Both the position numbers and the translations under genes were made by a program. From contig CAWFJP010000008.1 of assembly GCA_963816145.1 (NCBI GenBank), forward strand, positions 32,720-96,719: a stretch of 64,000 nucleotides of DNA, written 5' to 3'. The stretch comes from an uncultured delta proteobacterium. Its GTDB lineage: Bacteria > Desulfobacterota > Binatia > UBA9968. The notes under the pieces are model-generated. The model was not told where the DNA came from. It made no database searches and saw nothing but the letters and a program-made list of their open reading frames with translations. Shown here in pieces: positions 38,033 through 47,969 of the stretch (the stretch's first letter is position 1; each line of letters starts with the position of its first letter).

Positions 38033-39016
38033 CTAGGAAAGATATCCCCGCTCGCGCCAGAAAAGCTCTGCCGCAGGATGGAGCGGCACTTCTAGATGAC
38101 CTTCGGCTGTGTCGTGAACCATTTGCGCCAAAGGCAGCGGCTCGGCTTTGGCCCAAGGAATCTTTGCTTTGCTTTCTTCCAGAGCGCGGCAAAAATCGCG
38201 CACCAATGCGTCAGGCGTAGAGGCGAGGGTGTAGATCGGCCAGCCGCTGAAATCGAGGGTCGGCACGTCGGTGTCGAGTTTGGGGTATTCACTCTTTTCG
38301 ATTAAGCCGCGCCGCAATCCTACTTTCTCCAAGCTTTGTAAAATCGTTTCCGGCAGCGACAGGAAAGTCATGCCCAATTCCAGCGCCATATTGCCCCACG
38401 TGCTGGCGCCTTCGTCGAAGATCGCATCGATCTCGCCGCGATGGACGGCGCCCATGCGATTCTGCCCATAGGCCATGCCGGCGTCATAGCGCACTTGGCC
38501 GCCCCAGGAGACAATGTCGTCGAGTGTAAAGCCGGCTGCGGCGCAGACATGTGTGACGATGACCTGCAGTGAATGGTCGGATTGGGCGCGCAGCGAAACC
38601 TTGAGGGGAAACTTGTGCTCACGTATGTCGCTGAAAGATCTCAATCCGGTCTCTTGTTTGACGGCGAAGACCATTTGATCCAACGACGGCAAAATCGCAA
38701 TGATTCGCAGCGCCATCGCTTCCGTGAACGGCGCGCTGCCCAGCGCCGCGAGTTTGAGAATCATGCCGGGATTGATGATCGCGAATTGGACCTTGCCCGC
38801 CGCCACTTCATGGATCGTTGCCGGGCTGTCGCTGCCGAACAACGTCAGCGGAAAGTCCGTGCCGCCTTGCTCGCGCAAACTGACGCACGCCTGCAGCATC
38901 GGCCAGTCGCGCCGGTTGACCAGCGCCGAAGCCACTTCCAGCATCAAGCGCGAACGCGTGGTATGCGGGTGCGTCAGCATCCGCGTCGGTTTCAAAGTGA
39001 ATTTTTTATCGGCCAT
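38033..39016 (-). CDS. TAXI-family TRAP solute-binding-like protein, no evident signal peptide
   Basis: AGFTLDDIVSWGG, GEIDAIFDE, Y.....DVPTLDF, VPLHPAA..FWRE.G. Confidence 0.7.
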   Translation of the reverse strand: MADKKFTLKPTRMLTHPHTTRSRLMLEVASALVNRRDWPMLQACVSLREQGGTDFPLTLFGSDSPATIHEVAAGKVQFAIINPGMILKLAALGSAPFTEAMALRIIAILPSLDQMVFAVKQETGLRSFSDIREHKFPLKVSLRAQSDHSLQVIVTHVCAAAGFTLDDIVSWGGQVRYDAGMAYGQNRMGAVHRGEIDAIFDEGASTWGNMALELGMTFLSLPETILQSLEKVGLRRGLIEKSEYPKLDTDVPTLDFSGWPIYTLASTPDALVRDFCRALEESKAKIPWAKAEPLPLAQMVHDTAEGHLEVPLHPAAELFWRERGYLS

Positions 39017-39041
39017 GATGTTAATTCCATATTATTCTCTC

Positions 39042-39120
39042 CACCACGAAGGACACGAAGATCACGAAGTTCGGAACATAAATCTTCCGAAACCTTCGTG
39101 TCCTTCGTGCCTTCGTGGTG
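39042..39120. repeat. Family B inverted repeat
   Basis: CACCACGAAGGACACGAAGATCACGAAG ... CTTCGTGTCCTTCGTGCCTTCGTGGTG. Confidence 0.85.
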
Positions 39121-39136
39121 AAAAAACATTTCGCAC

Positions 39137-40135
39137 CTATTTGCCTTTCAAATCTCGATACACTTCCCGCGCCAAACTGAAATCGGCCACCCGCGAGATC
39201 GGCACCGACTGTTTGCTGTTGGAAAGCCTCAGGCTCTCTTCAATGCCCATCTGCAGCGCCTGGTCCGATGATATGCCGTTATCCGACCAGGTCTTGATGG
39301 TCAGCTCGAAGGCTTTTTCGGCAACCTCACGCTCGAGCTTCCATTTCGCGGCGATCAGCGCGATCGATTCCTGACGCTGCGCGCGGGCATAAGCCATGCC
39401 GCGAAAGGCGACGGCGATCATCTTTTTGATCTGATCGGGCCGTTGCTGCAGCCAACGGTCCGAAACACCGAAACCGCCGTTGATACTCTCCAAAGTGTCG
39501 CCCATGAAGGCGAGTCTTCGCAGTCCGACTCGTTCGGCGTGGATGTCGACCGGTGTCGTCAGCGTGGTCGCGTCCACCGCGCCGGCGCGAAGTGCCTGGA
39601 AGCGGTCGGGTGTGTTGCCGATGACGCGCAGAATCATCTCCTTGTCTGCATCGATGCCGACATCCTTGAGCAAGCGGCGCGATAAAAACGACTCCCCCGA
39701 CGTCAGGGTGGCAACGCCCAAGACCTTGCCCTTGAGCTCCTTGATCGAGCGAATTTCCGGCCGCGACATCAAGGAAAACAACGGCCGGTCGTTGTAAACC
39801 ATCACCAGCTTCACCGGCAGGCCGCGCACCGCCGCGTTGAGCGTCGTGCCGGCGAAGATCACGTACTGAATGTCGCCCGAGATCAGAGCCGTCACCGCAA
39901 TGGTCGGCGGAATATTGATCAGCTCGACGTCGAAACCGGCCTGCTCGAAAAAGCGGTTTTCCTTGGCGACGATCAACGGGAATGGAATCAGCCCGCCGAC
40001 CGAGTAGCCGATGCGCACTTTCTCCAAGTCTCGAGTCGCAGCGTCGGCAAGAGTCGCGACGCTGCAAACCAAGACAAGAGCCAGCGGTATGTTTTGGACC
40101 GATCGGTCCAATAGCATTGAGAGAAATCTTTTCAT
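39137..40135 (-). CDS. ABC substrate-binding protein, NMT1/SsuA-like
   Basis: VAKE..FF...G.DVEL, ELKGKVLGV, AL.AG.VDAT; start moved to MKRFLS. Confidence 0.85.
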   Translation of the reverse strand: MKRFLSMLLDRSVQNIPLALVLVCSVATLADAATRDLEKVRIGYSVGGLIPFPLIVAKENRFFEQAGFDVELINIPPTIAVTALISGDIQYVIFAGTTLNAAVRGLPVKLVMVYNDRPLFSLMSRPEIRSIKELKGKVLGVATLTSGESFLSRRLLKDVGIDADKEMILRVIGNTPDRFQALRAGAVDATTLTTPVDIHAERVGLRRLAFMGDTLESINGGFGVSDRWLQQRPDQIKKMIAVAFRGMAYARAQRQESIALIAAKWKLEREVAEKAFELTIKTWSDNGISSDQALQMGIEESLRLSNSKQSVPISRVADFSLAREVYRDLKGK

Positions 40136-40136
40136 G

Positions 40137-40850
40137 TCACGGCCACCGGTTCCGGTTTTGCGGCCGCTTGGCCCAGTAGTCTTCGAACGCTTTCGGCCCG
40201 GCGCGCTCGTAGACGCGCCGATGGGTCGCTTGATCGGCTTCATGCGCCACCACGCGCTCCGAGTATTGCAGGTGCACCACCCGTCCAGCGGCAACCGCTC
40301 GTTCCGCGGCGAGAATATCTTCCAAGAACTGGCGCAGCTCGCGGTGATTCGCCATGTTGCTGCGAAAAACCAACCGCCCGTCCTTGTGGATCACGAACAG
40401 CGCGTTGGGCCAAACCCCATAAGCGCGGTGAATCCGACCGTCTAGGTGATCGACGATGATCGCAAAGTTGATGTCTTCCAACCGCTGCAATTCACGAGCA
40501 TAGGAAACTTTTTGCTCGATGCTCTCATGCGCCCGGTAATTTTCCGCCGGGTGAGATTCCCGCGTGTACAGCATAAAAAACGCAAAGCCACGGCCGGCGA
40601 AATCCGCTTGCAGCTTGTTGAACTCCGGCGCCTCGAAGGCGCACATCGGGCTGGTCACGGCGCCGGTCATCATGACCACATGGCTGCGCCCGCGCAAGTC
40701 ACTCAAGCGCATGGTCGTGCCATCGAGCGCCGCTGCTGCGAACTCCGGCGCAGCAATACCAACCTGCGCCGGCAGCGTAACGCCCGGATTGGTGGCGTTC
40801 GCCCCCGCGGCGAACTTTTCCGAGTTATAGGCTCGTTCGACGTCGTTCAT
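40137..40850 (-). CDS. Deiodinase-like thioredoxin-fold (redoxin) protein
   Basis: VG..APEF....LDG...RLSDLRG; TGAVTSPMC; LYTRESHP; VD.LDG..HRAYG.WPN. Confidence 0.75.
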   Translation of the reverse strand: MNDVERAYNSEKFAAGANATNPGVTLPAQVGIAAPEFAAAALDGTTMRLSDLRGRSHVVMMTGAVTSPMCAFEAPEFNKLQADFAGRGFAFFMLYTRESHPAENYRAHESIEQKVSYARELQRLEDINFAIIVDHLDGRIHRAYGVWPNALFVIHKDGRLVFRSNMANHRELRQFLEDILAAERAVAAGRVVHLQYSERVVAHEADQATHRRVYERAGPKAFEDYWAKRPQNRNRWP

Positions 40851-40863
40851 AGCGCCGCGCGCT

Positions 40864-41880
40864 TTACCGGCTCTGCTCGCGATACACGCCGATCGCTTCA
40901 TGGAGCGGCCGGTCGGTGGTGGAGAACAGCACCGCGGGCGCGGCCGAAGTATTTTTGTGGTGGTGCCAAGACCAGTTGGGCACGACGAAAAAATCGCCCG
41001 CTTCCCAGGCGAGCTTCTCACCTTCCACTTCGCAGACACCGCTGCCTTCCACCGCGTAGTAGAGTTGGTTCGAGGTATGGCGATGCTCGGCGGTCTCTTG
41101 GTTGGCATTGAGCATTTGGATCCAGCAGGAGAACGTCGGAAAAGTGGCGCCGCCGGTCACCGGATTACGGTACTCCAGACATCTGCCGTCGAACGGGCTG
41201 GCGCTGTCGGCGAGCATTTCCATTAGCGCGCGCCGGGTCTCGGTCCATTTGTAGACCAGCGATTTAATCGGCTGCCCCGGCGGCGCGAGCAGACCGGGAT
41301 TGCGCAGCGTCGTGTCCGCCGGGCTGTTATACAGCCGCACGTCTTCGGCCGGATGGGGCTCCTGAAACATCGTCCGCAGCATGCGCATCAAACCCGAGTC
41401 CAGGCCGTCGATCCAGATGGCGTCGCGCTCGGTTTCATTGACGTGATTATGCCATCCCCAGCTCGGTTGAATCACCAGATCACCGCGCTCCATGATGCAT
41501 TTCTCGCCGTTGGTGATCGTGTAAACGTCGGCGCCGCCGTCGATCACGAAACGCATGGCCGCGTTGGTGTGGCGATGGGAATAGACCGCTTCGCCGGCTT
41601 TGACCAGCTGCACCGCCAAGTTGAGCGTGTGGCTGGTGCTCTCGCTCATGTTCGGATGGACCAGACTGATGGCGCGGCGCGCGCCTTTGTAGTTGGTCGT
41701 GATCAGTTGCCCGGCAGCCTCGAGACCGGCGCGAATCTTCGCCCACTTCCAAAGAATCGGTTTACCGAAGGGCGCCGGCTCGCGCCGGATGGTTTCCTCG
41801 CGCACCCACAAGCCGCGCAGATTATCCTTCGCCAGTTCGTCGTCGAGATTCTTGAGATCGTGGAATTGCGCTGTAGTCAC
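40864..41880 (-). CDS. Bicupin ring-cleaving dioxygenase, gentisate 1,2-dioxygenase-like
   Basis: RRA.SLVHP, HRHT..A.RF, PSWGWHNH, WIDGLD, Y.NPVTG, HRHTS, VPNWSWH. Confidence 0.85.
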   Translation of the reverse strand: MTTAQFHDLKNLDDELAKDNLRGLWVREETIRREPAPFGKPILWKWAKIRAGLEAAGQLITTNYKGARRAISLVHPNMSESTSHTLNLAVQLVKAGEAVYSHRHTNAAMRFVIDGGADVYTITNGEKCIMERGDLVIQPSWGWHNHVNETERDAIWIDGLDSGLMRMLRTMFQEPHPAEDVRLYNSPADTTLRNPGLLAPPGQPIKSLVYKWTETRRALMEMLADSASPFDGRCLEYRNPVTGGATFPTFSCWIQMLNANQETAEHRHTSNQLYYAVEGSGVCEVEGEKLAWEAGDFFVVPNWSWHHHKNTSAAPAVLFSTTDRPLHEAIGVYREQSR

Positions 41881-41979
41881 AATCTGCTCCTATGTTCGCC
41901 GAAGCGCATGGATCGCGTTTACTCAATTCCTATCGATGGAACCATATCGCTAAAATCCCCACAGCGGCACTGGTTGTTG

Positions 41980-42006
41980 TGTCATTTCGACCGCAGGGAG
42001 AAATCT
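41980..42006. repeat. Family C half element
   Basis: TGTCATTTCGACCGCAGGGAGAAATCT. Confidence 0.65.
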
Positions 42007-42010
42007 CTGC

Positions 42011-43201
42011 TTAGCCGTCTGCCAAGTGAAAATACTGGACCGCATTGCCCACGGTCATTTTCCAGATCTCGTCTTCGCCGACGCCGGCAAAGTTCTCCGC
42101 CAGCACACGGCGCGAGTTGGGCCAGTCCGATTCGAGATGGGGAAAGTCGCTGGCCCACATCACTTTGTCCACGCCCATCTCCTGGCGCGCGACGCGCACG
42201 CCGATGGGATTACGATTGAAACCCCAGTGGACAAATTCTCGGCCGTACTCGCTCGGCAAGCGCTTCAAACGCGGCAAACCGAGCACGCGTTCGGCCCAAT
42301 ATTGCTGGCGGCCGTATTCGTTGTCCATCTGGTCGAGCCAATTGGGCACCCAGCCGATCTGCACCTCGGCGACATAGATATTCAGTTTGGGGTAGCGGTC
42401 GAACACGCCGCCCCAGATCATTTGGACCACTTGTTTGCTGCCGCGAAAGCCATACTTGTTGAATCGTTCGATGACATCGGGCACATGATGTTCGGGATCG
42501 GTCTGCTTGGCGTACTTGAAAGCAGGCGCAGCCACTGCGGGCTGGCCGCGGCCGCGGCGCGGGAATCCGAACTCGACGTGAATCGTCAGCGCCATTTGCA
42601 AGTCGACGACCGCGGCCCAGAAAGGATCGTCCGCCGGCGTCGGTTGGCGGTTGCCGGCGGGGAAATTGTCGATGGCCACTGCTTTGAGACCGATCTGTTT
42701 GCAGTGCTGCAGCTCTGCTACGGCGTCGGTAATGTTGGTGATCGGAATCACGCCGACGCCGATCAAGCGCTCGGGGCTACAGGAACAGTATTCCTCGGCG
42801 AGCCAATCGTTGTAGGCGCGCACCACCGATTTGTACGCCTCGTCGTTGCGAATGCCGCGCCAGAAGCCGGGGCCGACGTTGCCGGGAAACAACACTTCGG
42901 CGTCGACACCATCCTTGTCCTGTTCGAGCAAGCGCTGCTCGGGCGAGCCGGTGCCGGGCGAGTTTTCGTAATTCTCACCGGGAAGCGGATCGAACGGCCG
43001 CCGTTCTTCGTAGGGCAGACCGCAGGAGATGTTGGAGATCAAGCGCTCCAGCGGTTGTCCTTCTTGCAGCACCGCCAGGGTGCCGTCTTCGAGAGTGATC
43101 ACTTTGGGCGCGCGGTCGCGAAACTTCTCGGGAACACGCTTGGCGTAACGGTCCGGACGTATTTCTAAATGGGAATCGGCGGAAATACATTGATACTTCA
43201 T
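42011..43201 (-). CDS. Amidohydrolase_2 family protein
   Basis: ISADSHLE, DGVDAEVLFP, AYNDWLAEEYC, GVFDRYP.L, MWASDFPH. Confidence 0.9.
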   Translation of the reverse strand: MKYQCISADSHLEIRPDRYAKRVPEKFRDRAPKVITLEDGTLAVLQEGQPLERLISNISCGLPYEERRPFDPLPGENYENSPGTGSPEQRLLEQDKDGVDAEVLFPGNVGPGFWRGIRNDEAYKSVVRAYNDWLAEEYCSCSPERLIGVGVIPITNITDAVAELQHCKQIGLKAVAIDNFPAGNRQPTPADDPFWAAVVDLQMALTIHVEFGFPRRGRGQPAVAAPAFKYAKQTDPEHHVPDVIERFNKYGFRGSKQVVQMIWGGVFDRYPKLNIYVAEVQIGWVPNWLDQMDNEYGRQQYWAERVLGLPRLKRLPSEYGREFVHWGFNRNPIGVRVARQEMGVDKVMWASDFPHLESDWPNSRRVLAENFAGVGEDEIWKMTVGNAVQYFHLADG

Positions 43202-43290
43202 AAATCCTCGCGTGACACAGTCAGCGCCCGGATTACACCGGCGCACCGAGGTTGTCAACGTGCGCCGGGCGGTCGTGGCCCAGTTCGGAA

Positions 43291-43355
43291 AGATCCCTCT
43301 CTTCGTTCGGGATGACAGCCGCTCTATTTGTCATTTCGAGCGAAGCGAGAAATCT
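43291..43355. repeat. Family C doublet
   Basis: AGATCCCTCTCTTCGTTCGGGATGACA ... TGTCATTTCGAGCGAAGCGAGAAATCT. Confidence 0.75.
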
Positions 43356-43488
43356 ATCACCATCGCTGCCGCAGCTACTATGAAATGGAATCGCCGCTCC
43401 GCACGGCGTCGAAAGGCTCAGGCTTGAATTCCGCGGCGATTGGAGAGTATGTAATTTTTAGTTCACCTGCGCGCGAAAGGAATAGTCA

Positions 43489-44515
43489 ATGCTGACCGTA
43501 GATGCCGACGCTCATGTTTTGGAAACCGAAAAGACCTGGGAATATATGGACGGCGCCGATAAGAAATACCGGCCCAAACTGGTCGGCTCAACCGACGGCG
43601 ACTCCAAGGACGAATATTGGCTCGTCGACGGCACGCTGCGTTTGAAGTCCGGCAACGTCGGCCGCAACACGCCGCAGGCTTCGCGCGAAATGCGCGACGT
43701 GCCGACACGGATCAAGCATATGGACGAACTGGGCGTCGGCATCCAAGTGCTCTACCCGACGCTGTTCTTGATTCCGCTCACGCCGCGTCCGGAAGTCGAG
43801 TTAGCGCTCTAGCCGCAGCTACAATCGCTGGCTCGCCGACATCTGGAAGCAAGAACCAGAACGGCTGCGCTGGGCCGCCGTGGTGCCGCTGATGTCAATG
43901 GAGCAAACCCTCGCCGAAGCGCGCTTCGCCAAAAACAACGGCGCCTGCGCCATCTTCATGCGCGGCACCGAGGGCGACCGGCTGTTGAGCGACCCTTATT
44001 TCTTTCCGCTCTACGAAGAAGCTCAACGCTTGGACATAGCGATCGGCGTCCACGCCGCCAACGGCAGCGCGACATTGTATAACTATTATAAATACGAAAG
44101 CGTCGGTTTCTCGAAGTTCAAGCTCAACTGTGTCGGCGGCTTTCACTCGCTGGTGATGGACCGCATCCCCGACCGGTTCCCCAAGCTGCGCATCGGCTTT
44201 TTGGAAATCAGCGCCGAGTGGCTGCCTTACACTTTCACCGATTTGAAGAAGCGCTTCCGCCTGAAGAACAAAGAACTCCGCGCCGATTTCATGAAGCGCG
44301 ACCGCATCTTCGTCGGCTGCGAAACCACCGATGACATTCCGTACATCGTCAGCAAGCTGGGCGATGACAATATCGTCATCGGCTCGGATTATGCCCATGC
44401 CGATAGCGCCACCGAACTGATGGCGATCCACAATCTGAGCGCCGATCCGCGCCTCACCCCGGCCCTGGCGCAGAAGATCGTCAGCGACAACGCCAGGGCG
44501 CTCTACGGCCTGTGA
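43489..44515 (+). CDS. Amidohydrolase_2 family protein split by one extra base at ~43811
   Basis: VDADAHV...; removing one base gives ELALCRSYNRWLADIW, matching paralog 57318-58424 (EVALCKSWNRWLADIW); GSDYAH. Confidence 0.85.
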
Positions 44516-44582
44516 CCATGTCGTTATCCGGACTTCTCTTTCTTAACCGAGAATTGACCTCTGACGGCAAGCAGCGGCTTTA

Positions 44583-45425
44583 ATGAATATCCTAGTTACC
44601 GGCGGTCTCGGTAAAGTCGGCCGCTGGGTCGTCGCGGAGCTGATCGACGACAGCGCCGGTAAGATCGCCCATCAAGTTACCGTTTTCGATCGCGCTCCCG
44701 GCCCCGAGCGTGGTCCGGTAAAATATTTGCTGGGCGACATCCAGGACCTTGGCCAGGTTATGGAAGCGATGATCGGCGTCGACGCGGTGATTCATCTGGC
44801 GGCGATTCACAATCCCAACATCGCCACCGCCCCGCTCGTCTACCAGACTAACGTCCTCGGCACGTTCAACGTGCACCACGCCGCCCACCGTCTTGGCGTC
44901 AAGCGGGTCGTCAGCGCCAGCAGCAACGCCATCGTCGGCTGGAGTTACAGCGAGCGCTTCGAACCCGACTATCTGCCTATCGACGAAGATCATCCGTTGC
45001 GCCCGGAGGATGTCTACGGCTTGTCAAAACAAATCGGCGAAACCATCGCGCACAGCTACGCGCGCAAGGGTGTGGAAACGATCGTTCTTCGCCCCAGCGG
45101 TGTGGTCACGCCGGAAGAACTAAGTGAATTGAAAAAAAACGGCGGGCGCCAACCGGTGTCATTTCAAGCTTTCAGTTACGTCGATGCCCGCGACCTCGCC
45201 GTCGCCTTTCGGCTATCGGTCGAGAAAGTCTTGCCAAACGGCATGACCTTGTTCGTCGTCGCCGACGATAGCAACGTCGCCGAGCCGCTTTGCGATTTGT
45301 TGCCGCGGTTGCGCCCATCGATTGGCGATAAAGCTCGCTCGCTTACGGGTACAAAAGGCGCCTATTCCAACGCACGGGCAAAAGCACTGCTCGGCTGGCG
45401 GCCGCAATTTTCCTGGCGTACGTAG
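44583..45425 (+). CDS. NAD-dependent epimerase/dehydratase
   Basis: ILVTGGLGKVG, HLAA, ASS, YGLSK. Confidence 0.9.
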   Translation: MNILVTGGLGKVGRWVVAELIDDSAGKIAHQVTVFDRAPGPERGPVKYLLGDIQDLGQVMEAMIGVDAVIHLAAIHNPNIATAPLVYQTNVLGTFNVHHAAHRLGVKRVVSASSNAIVGWSYSERFEPDYLPIDEDHPLRPEDVYGLSKQIGETIAHSYARKGVETIVLRPSGVVTPEELSELKKNGGRQPVSFQAFSYVDARDLAVAFRLSVEKVLPNGMTLFVVADDSNVAEPLCDLLPRLRPSIGDKARSLTGTKGAYSNARAKALLGWRPQFSWRT

Positions 45426-45437
45426 AAAATTATAACG

Positions 45438-46547
45438 ATGAAACTGCCCGCCGTACTGCTGGTCGTCCTTGCTCTATTAGTCTGCGTCGCTCCGTCGACG
45501 AAGGCTGCGGAAATCGCTGCCAAGCGTTCAAGCGACTGGGAGAGTTTAGTTAAAGCCGCGGCCAGCGAAGGGCAGGTGACGGTTTACGGAACCAACGGCT
45601 TCGAGCCGGTCTTCGACGCTTTTCAAAAACGTTTCCCCGAGATCAAACTCAATGGCGTCATCGGCCGCGGCAATCAACTGGCGCCCAAGATCCTTGCCGA
45701 GCGGCGCGCCGGCAAATTTCTCGCCGATGTTTATCTCGGCGGTATCGGCACTCCCTACTCGGTCTTTTATAAAGGCGGCATGCTCGATCCCATCGAGCCG
45801 CTATTCGCCGTGGCCGAAGTAACCGATAAATCGAAATGGTTCCAGGGCCAGTTTCACTATGCCGACAATGATGGCCGGTATATTTTTATTTTTGAATTCG
45901 CCCTGCGCGCCGACGTTGCCTACAATACCCAGCAGGTGCGACCCGACGAAATTACTTCGTACTGGAACTTCGTCGATCCCAAATGGCGCGGCAAGATCGT
46001 CGCCATAGATCCCCATCAGACCGGCGTCGCCACCGGCAGCAGCCTGAGCTTTTTTTACTATCATCCCGAGCTCGGTCCGGAATTTTTGCGCCGGCTGTTC
46101 GGCCAGATGGAGCTGACCCTTTCCCGCGACACCCGCCAGATGCTCGATTGGCTCGCGGTCGGCAAGTTTTCCCTCGCGCTCTTCGCCACCGACGCCGACG
46201 TTGCCATGCGCCAGGGATTGCCGATCGGTCGCTTTGCGCCGGCAAGTTTCAAAGAAGGCGCCTACGGCCGGCCGCAACGCGGCACGGTATCGGTTTTCAA
46301 CCGCGCGCCCCATCCGCAAGCGGCCAAACTGTTCGTCAATTGGCTGCTGTCGCGCGAAGGCCAGAATATTTTTCAAAATGCCTTTGCCGATGACTACTCG
46401 CTCTCGGTTCGCGAAGACCTGTCCAAGGACCATATCCCCGCGGCTTATCGTCTCGGCCGAGGCGAGAAATTTTTCCCCGCCTATCGGCCGGAGTACATCG
46501 ACACCAAAGCCGCTTTCAAAGTAATCGACGAAGCGATGAAGAAATAA
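45438..46547 (+). CDS. Extracellular solute-binding protein
   Basis: Signal peptide; AA.SEGQV.VY; DPKWRGKI; APHPQAAKLFVNWLLS.EGQ. Confidence 0.85.
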   Translation: MKLPAVLLVVLALLVCVAPSTKAAEIAAKRSSDWESLVKAAASEGQVTVYGTNGFEPVFDAFQKRFPEIKLNGVIGRGNQLAPKILAERRAGKFLADVYLGGIGTPYSVFYKGGMLDPIEPLFAVAEVTDKSKWFQGQFHYADNDGRYIFIFEFALRADVAYNTQQVRPDEITSYWNFVDPKWRGKIVAIDPHQTGVATGSSLSFFYYHPELGPEFLRRLFGQMELTLSRDTRQMLDWLAVGKFSLALFATDADVAMRQGLPIGRFAPASFKEGAYGRPQRGTVSVFNRAPHPQAAKLFVNWLLSREGQNIFQNAFADDYSLSVREDLSKDHIPAAYRLGRGEKFFPAYRPEYIDTKAAFKVIDEAMKK

Positions 46548-47125
46548 TTCTCGCTGGAGCGAATCAGCTGGCCACAGCGGCTAACCCAGGGAGGGTCTGG
46601 CAGGGGCTGCTAGGGGGCAAACTCTTAGGGGTGCTTCAATCGTCCAAGCCATAAGGCATGACTGCCGGTTTGTCCATTCGCATTGCAGTTAAGAGGACAC
46701 CCGTGCTGCATGCCAAGCGCCGATGGCGGCAACAGCGCAAGGGAGATACTTGCCACTTTGGCCGCCAGATAGCGATCCGGCGGGGAGATAGCCATCCAGG
46801 CGCCATAGCTGCGCATTCCAAGACGCGGTCGCCGTGTCCGAACATCCTGCATGACTCCCCGGCGCCAGGCGCCGACCGCCGCGCGCGCGCACTCTGTCGC
46901 CACCTCCGCCCGCCCCGCGCTCGGGTCCCGCCGCTCCGGGCGCTCTGCTCCTCGGCCGCCGCGCCTGCTCGTCGCCGAGAATTGATAAAGACGCTTTTCC
47001 AGAAGGGCTTTCAACGTGAGGTCTCAAGCATTGAAATACCGAAACTGCGATATCTGATTGCAGTTGACACTATGCCCATCTGAACGTTAATTGGATCTGT
47101 CAGCACATCCCGATAGGAGATAGTC

Positions 47126-47965
47126 ATGCTCAAACCCATCGGCCTGATCGAGGGCCATTATGAATGCCGCTCGTTGGACGAAACCCTGCCGGTCTTCACC
47201 GATCTTTTGGCGATGGAGATCATTGAGCGCAAGGCGAATCAAGCCACGATCAAACATCCCAACACCGACTGGCGCCTGGTCGTGCACGAAAGCGGCGCCG
47301 CTGCACCGGAGAAAACCTTCGACAACCACTACGGATTTCGCGTCGCCAGCCACACCGAAGTCGAAGCCGCCTGGGAGTATCTCGAAGCGAACAAGCAGAA
47401 GTACCGCATCGACAAGATCACCAAGCCACAGAAAGCCCACTTCGCCTACTCGGTCTACTTCCACGAGCCCGGCGGCAATCATCTGGAAATTGAATATTAC
47501 AATCCCGGCAGCGCGCTGCACGGCCGCGCCCACACCGCGGGACATTGGCAGACACCGCTCACCGCGGCGCGATTCCCCGGCCGCGGCTACATGCCCCAAG
47601 CGCTAACTCATGGCACGTTGCAATGCGATGATCTGGAGAAGACCAGAGGTTTTATCATCGGCGTGCTCGGCCTGGAACAGGCCGGCGGCATGAGCGACAG
47701 AACGGTGTACGTCAAACACCCGGCAACGCCTTGGTACGTCGTCATGCTGCCGCGCAAGCCGCGCCAATACTTGGCGCCGGTCAATCGCTTCACCTTGCAA
47801 CTCGCCACGACGGCGGAAGTTGAAGCGGCGCACCATGAATTCGCGTTGAATAAATCCCAGCTCGGCTTAAACGAGATCGCCGATCTCGAACGCGCTGATG
47901 GTAAAGTGAGCTTTATTTTCAGTGATCTCGACAAGAATTGGTGGGAGCTCACCGCCAACATTTAA
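47126..47965 (+). CDS. VOC/glyoxalase family protein (two domains)
   Basis: AGGAG RBS; HYGFRV, YSVYFHEPGGNHLEI, F.FSDLDKNWWEL. Confidence 0.8.
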   Translation: MLKPIGLIEGHYECRSLDETLPVFTDLLAMEIIERKANQATIKHPNTDWRLVVHESGAAAPEKTFDNHYGFRVASHTEVEAAWEYLEANKQKYRIDKITKPQKAHFAYSVYFHEPGGNHLEIEYYNPGSALHGRAHTAGHWQTPLTAARFPGRGYMPQALTHGTLQCDDLEKTRGFIIGVLGLEQAGGMSDRTVYVKHPATPWYVVMLPRKPRQYLAPVNRFTLQLATTAEVEAAHHEFALNKSQLGLNEIADLERADGKVSFIFSDLDKNWWELTANI

Positions 47966-47969
47966 CGAC

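Noticed and set aside
40640-40660. Selenocysteine in the deiodinase-like protein
   Set aside because: The codon at the equivalent position is AGC (Ser), not TGA
43801-43880. TAG in the amidohydrolase as pyrrolysine or stop read-through
   Set aside because: Downstream homology continues in a different frame; removing one base gives LCRSYNRW as in the paralog, so it is a frameshift
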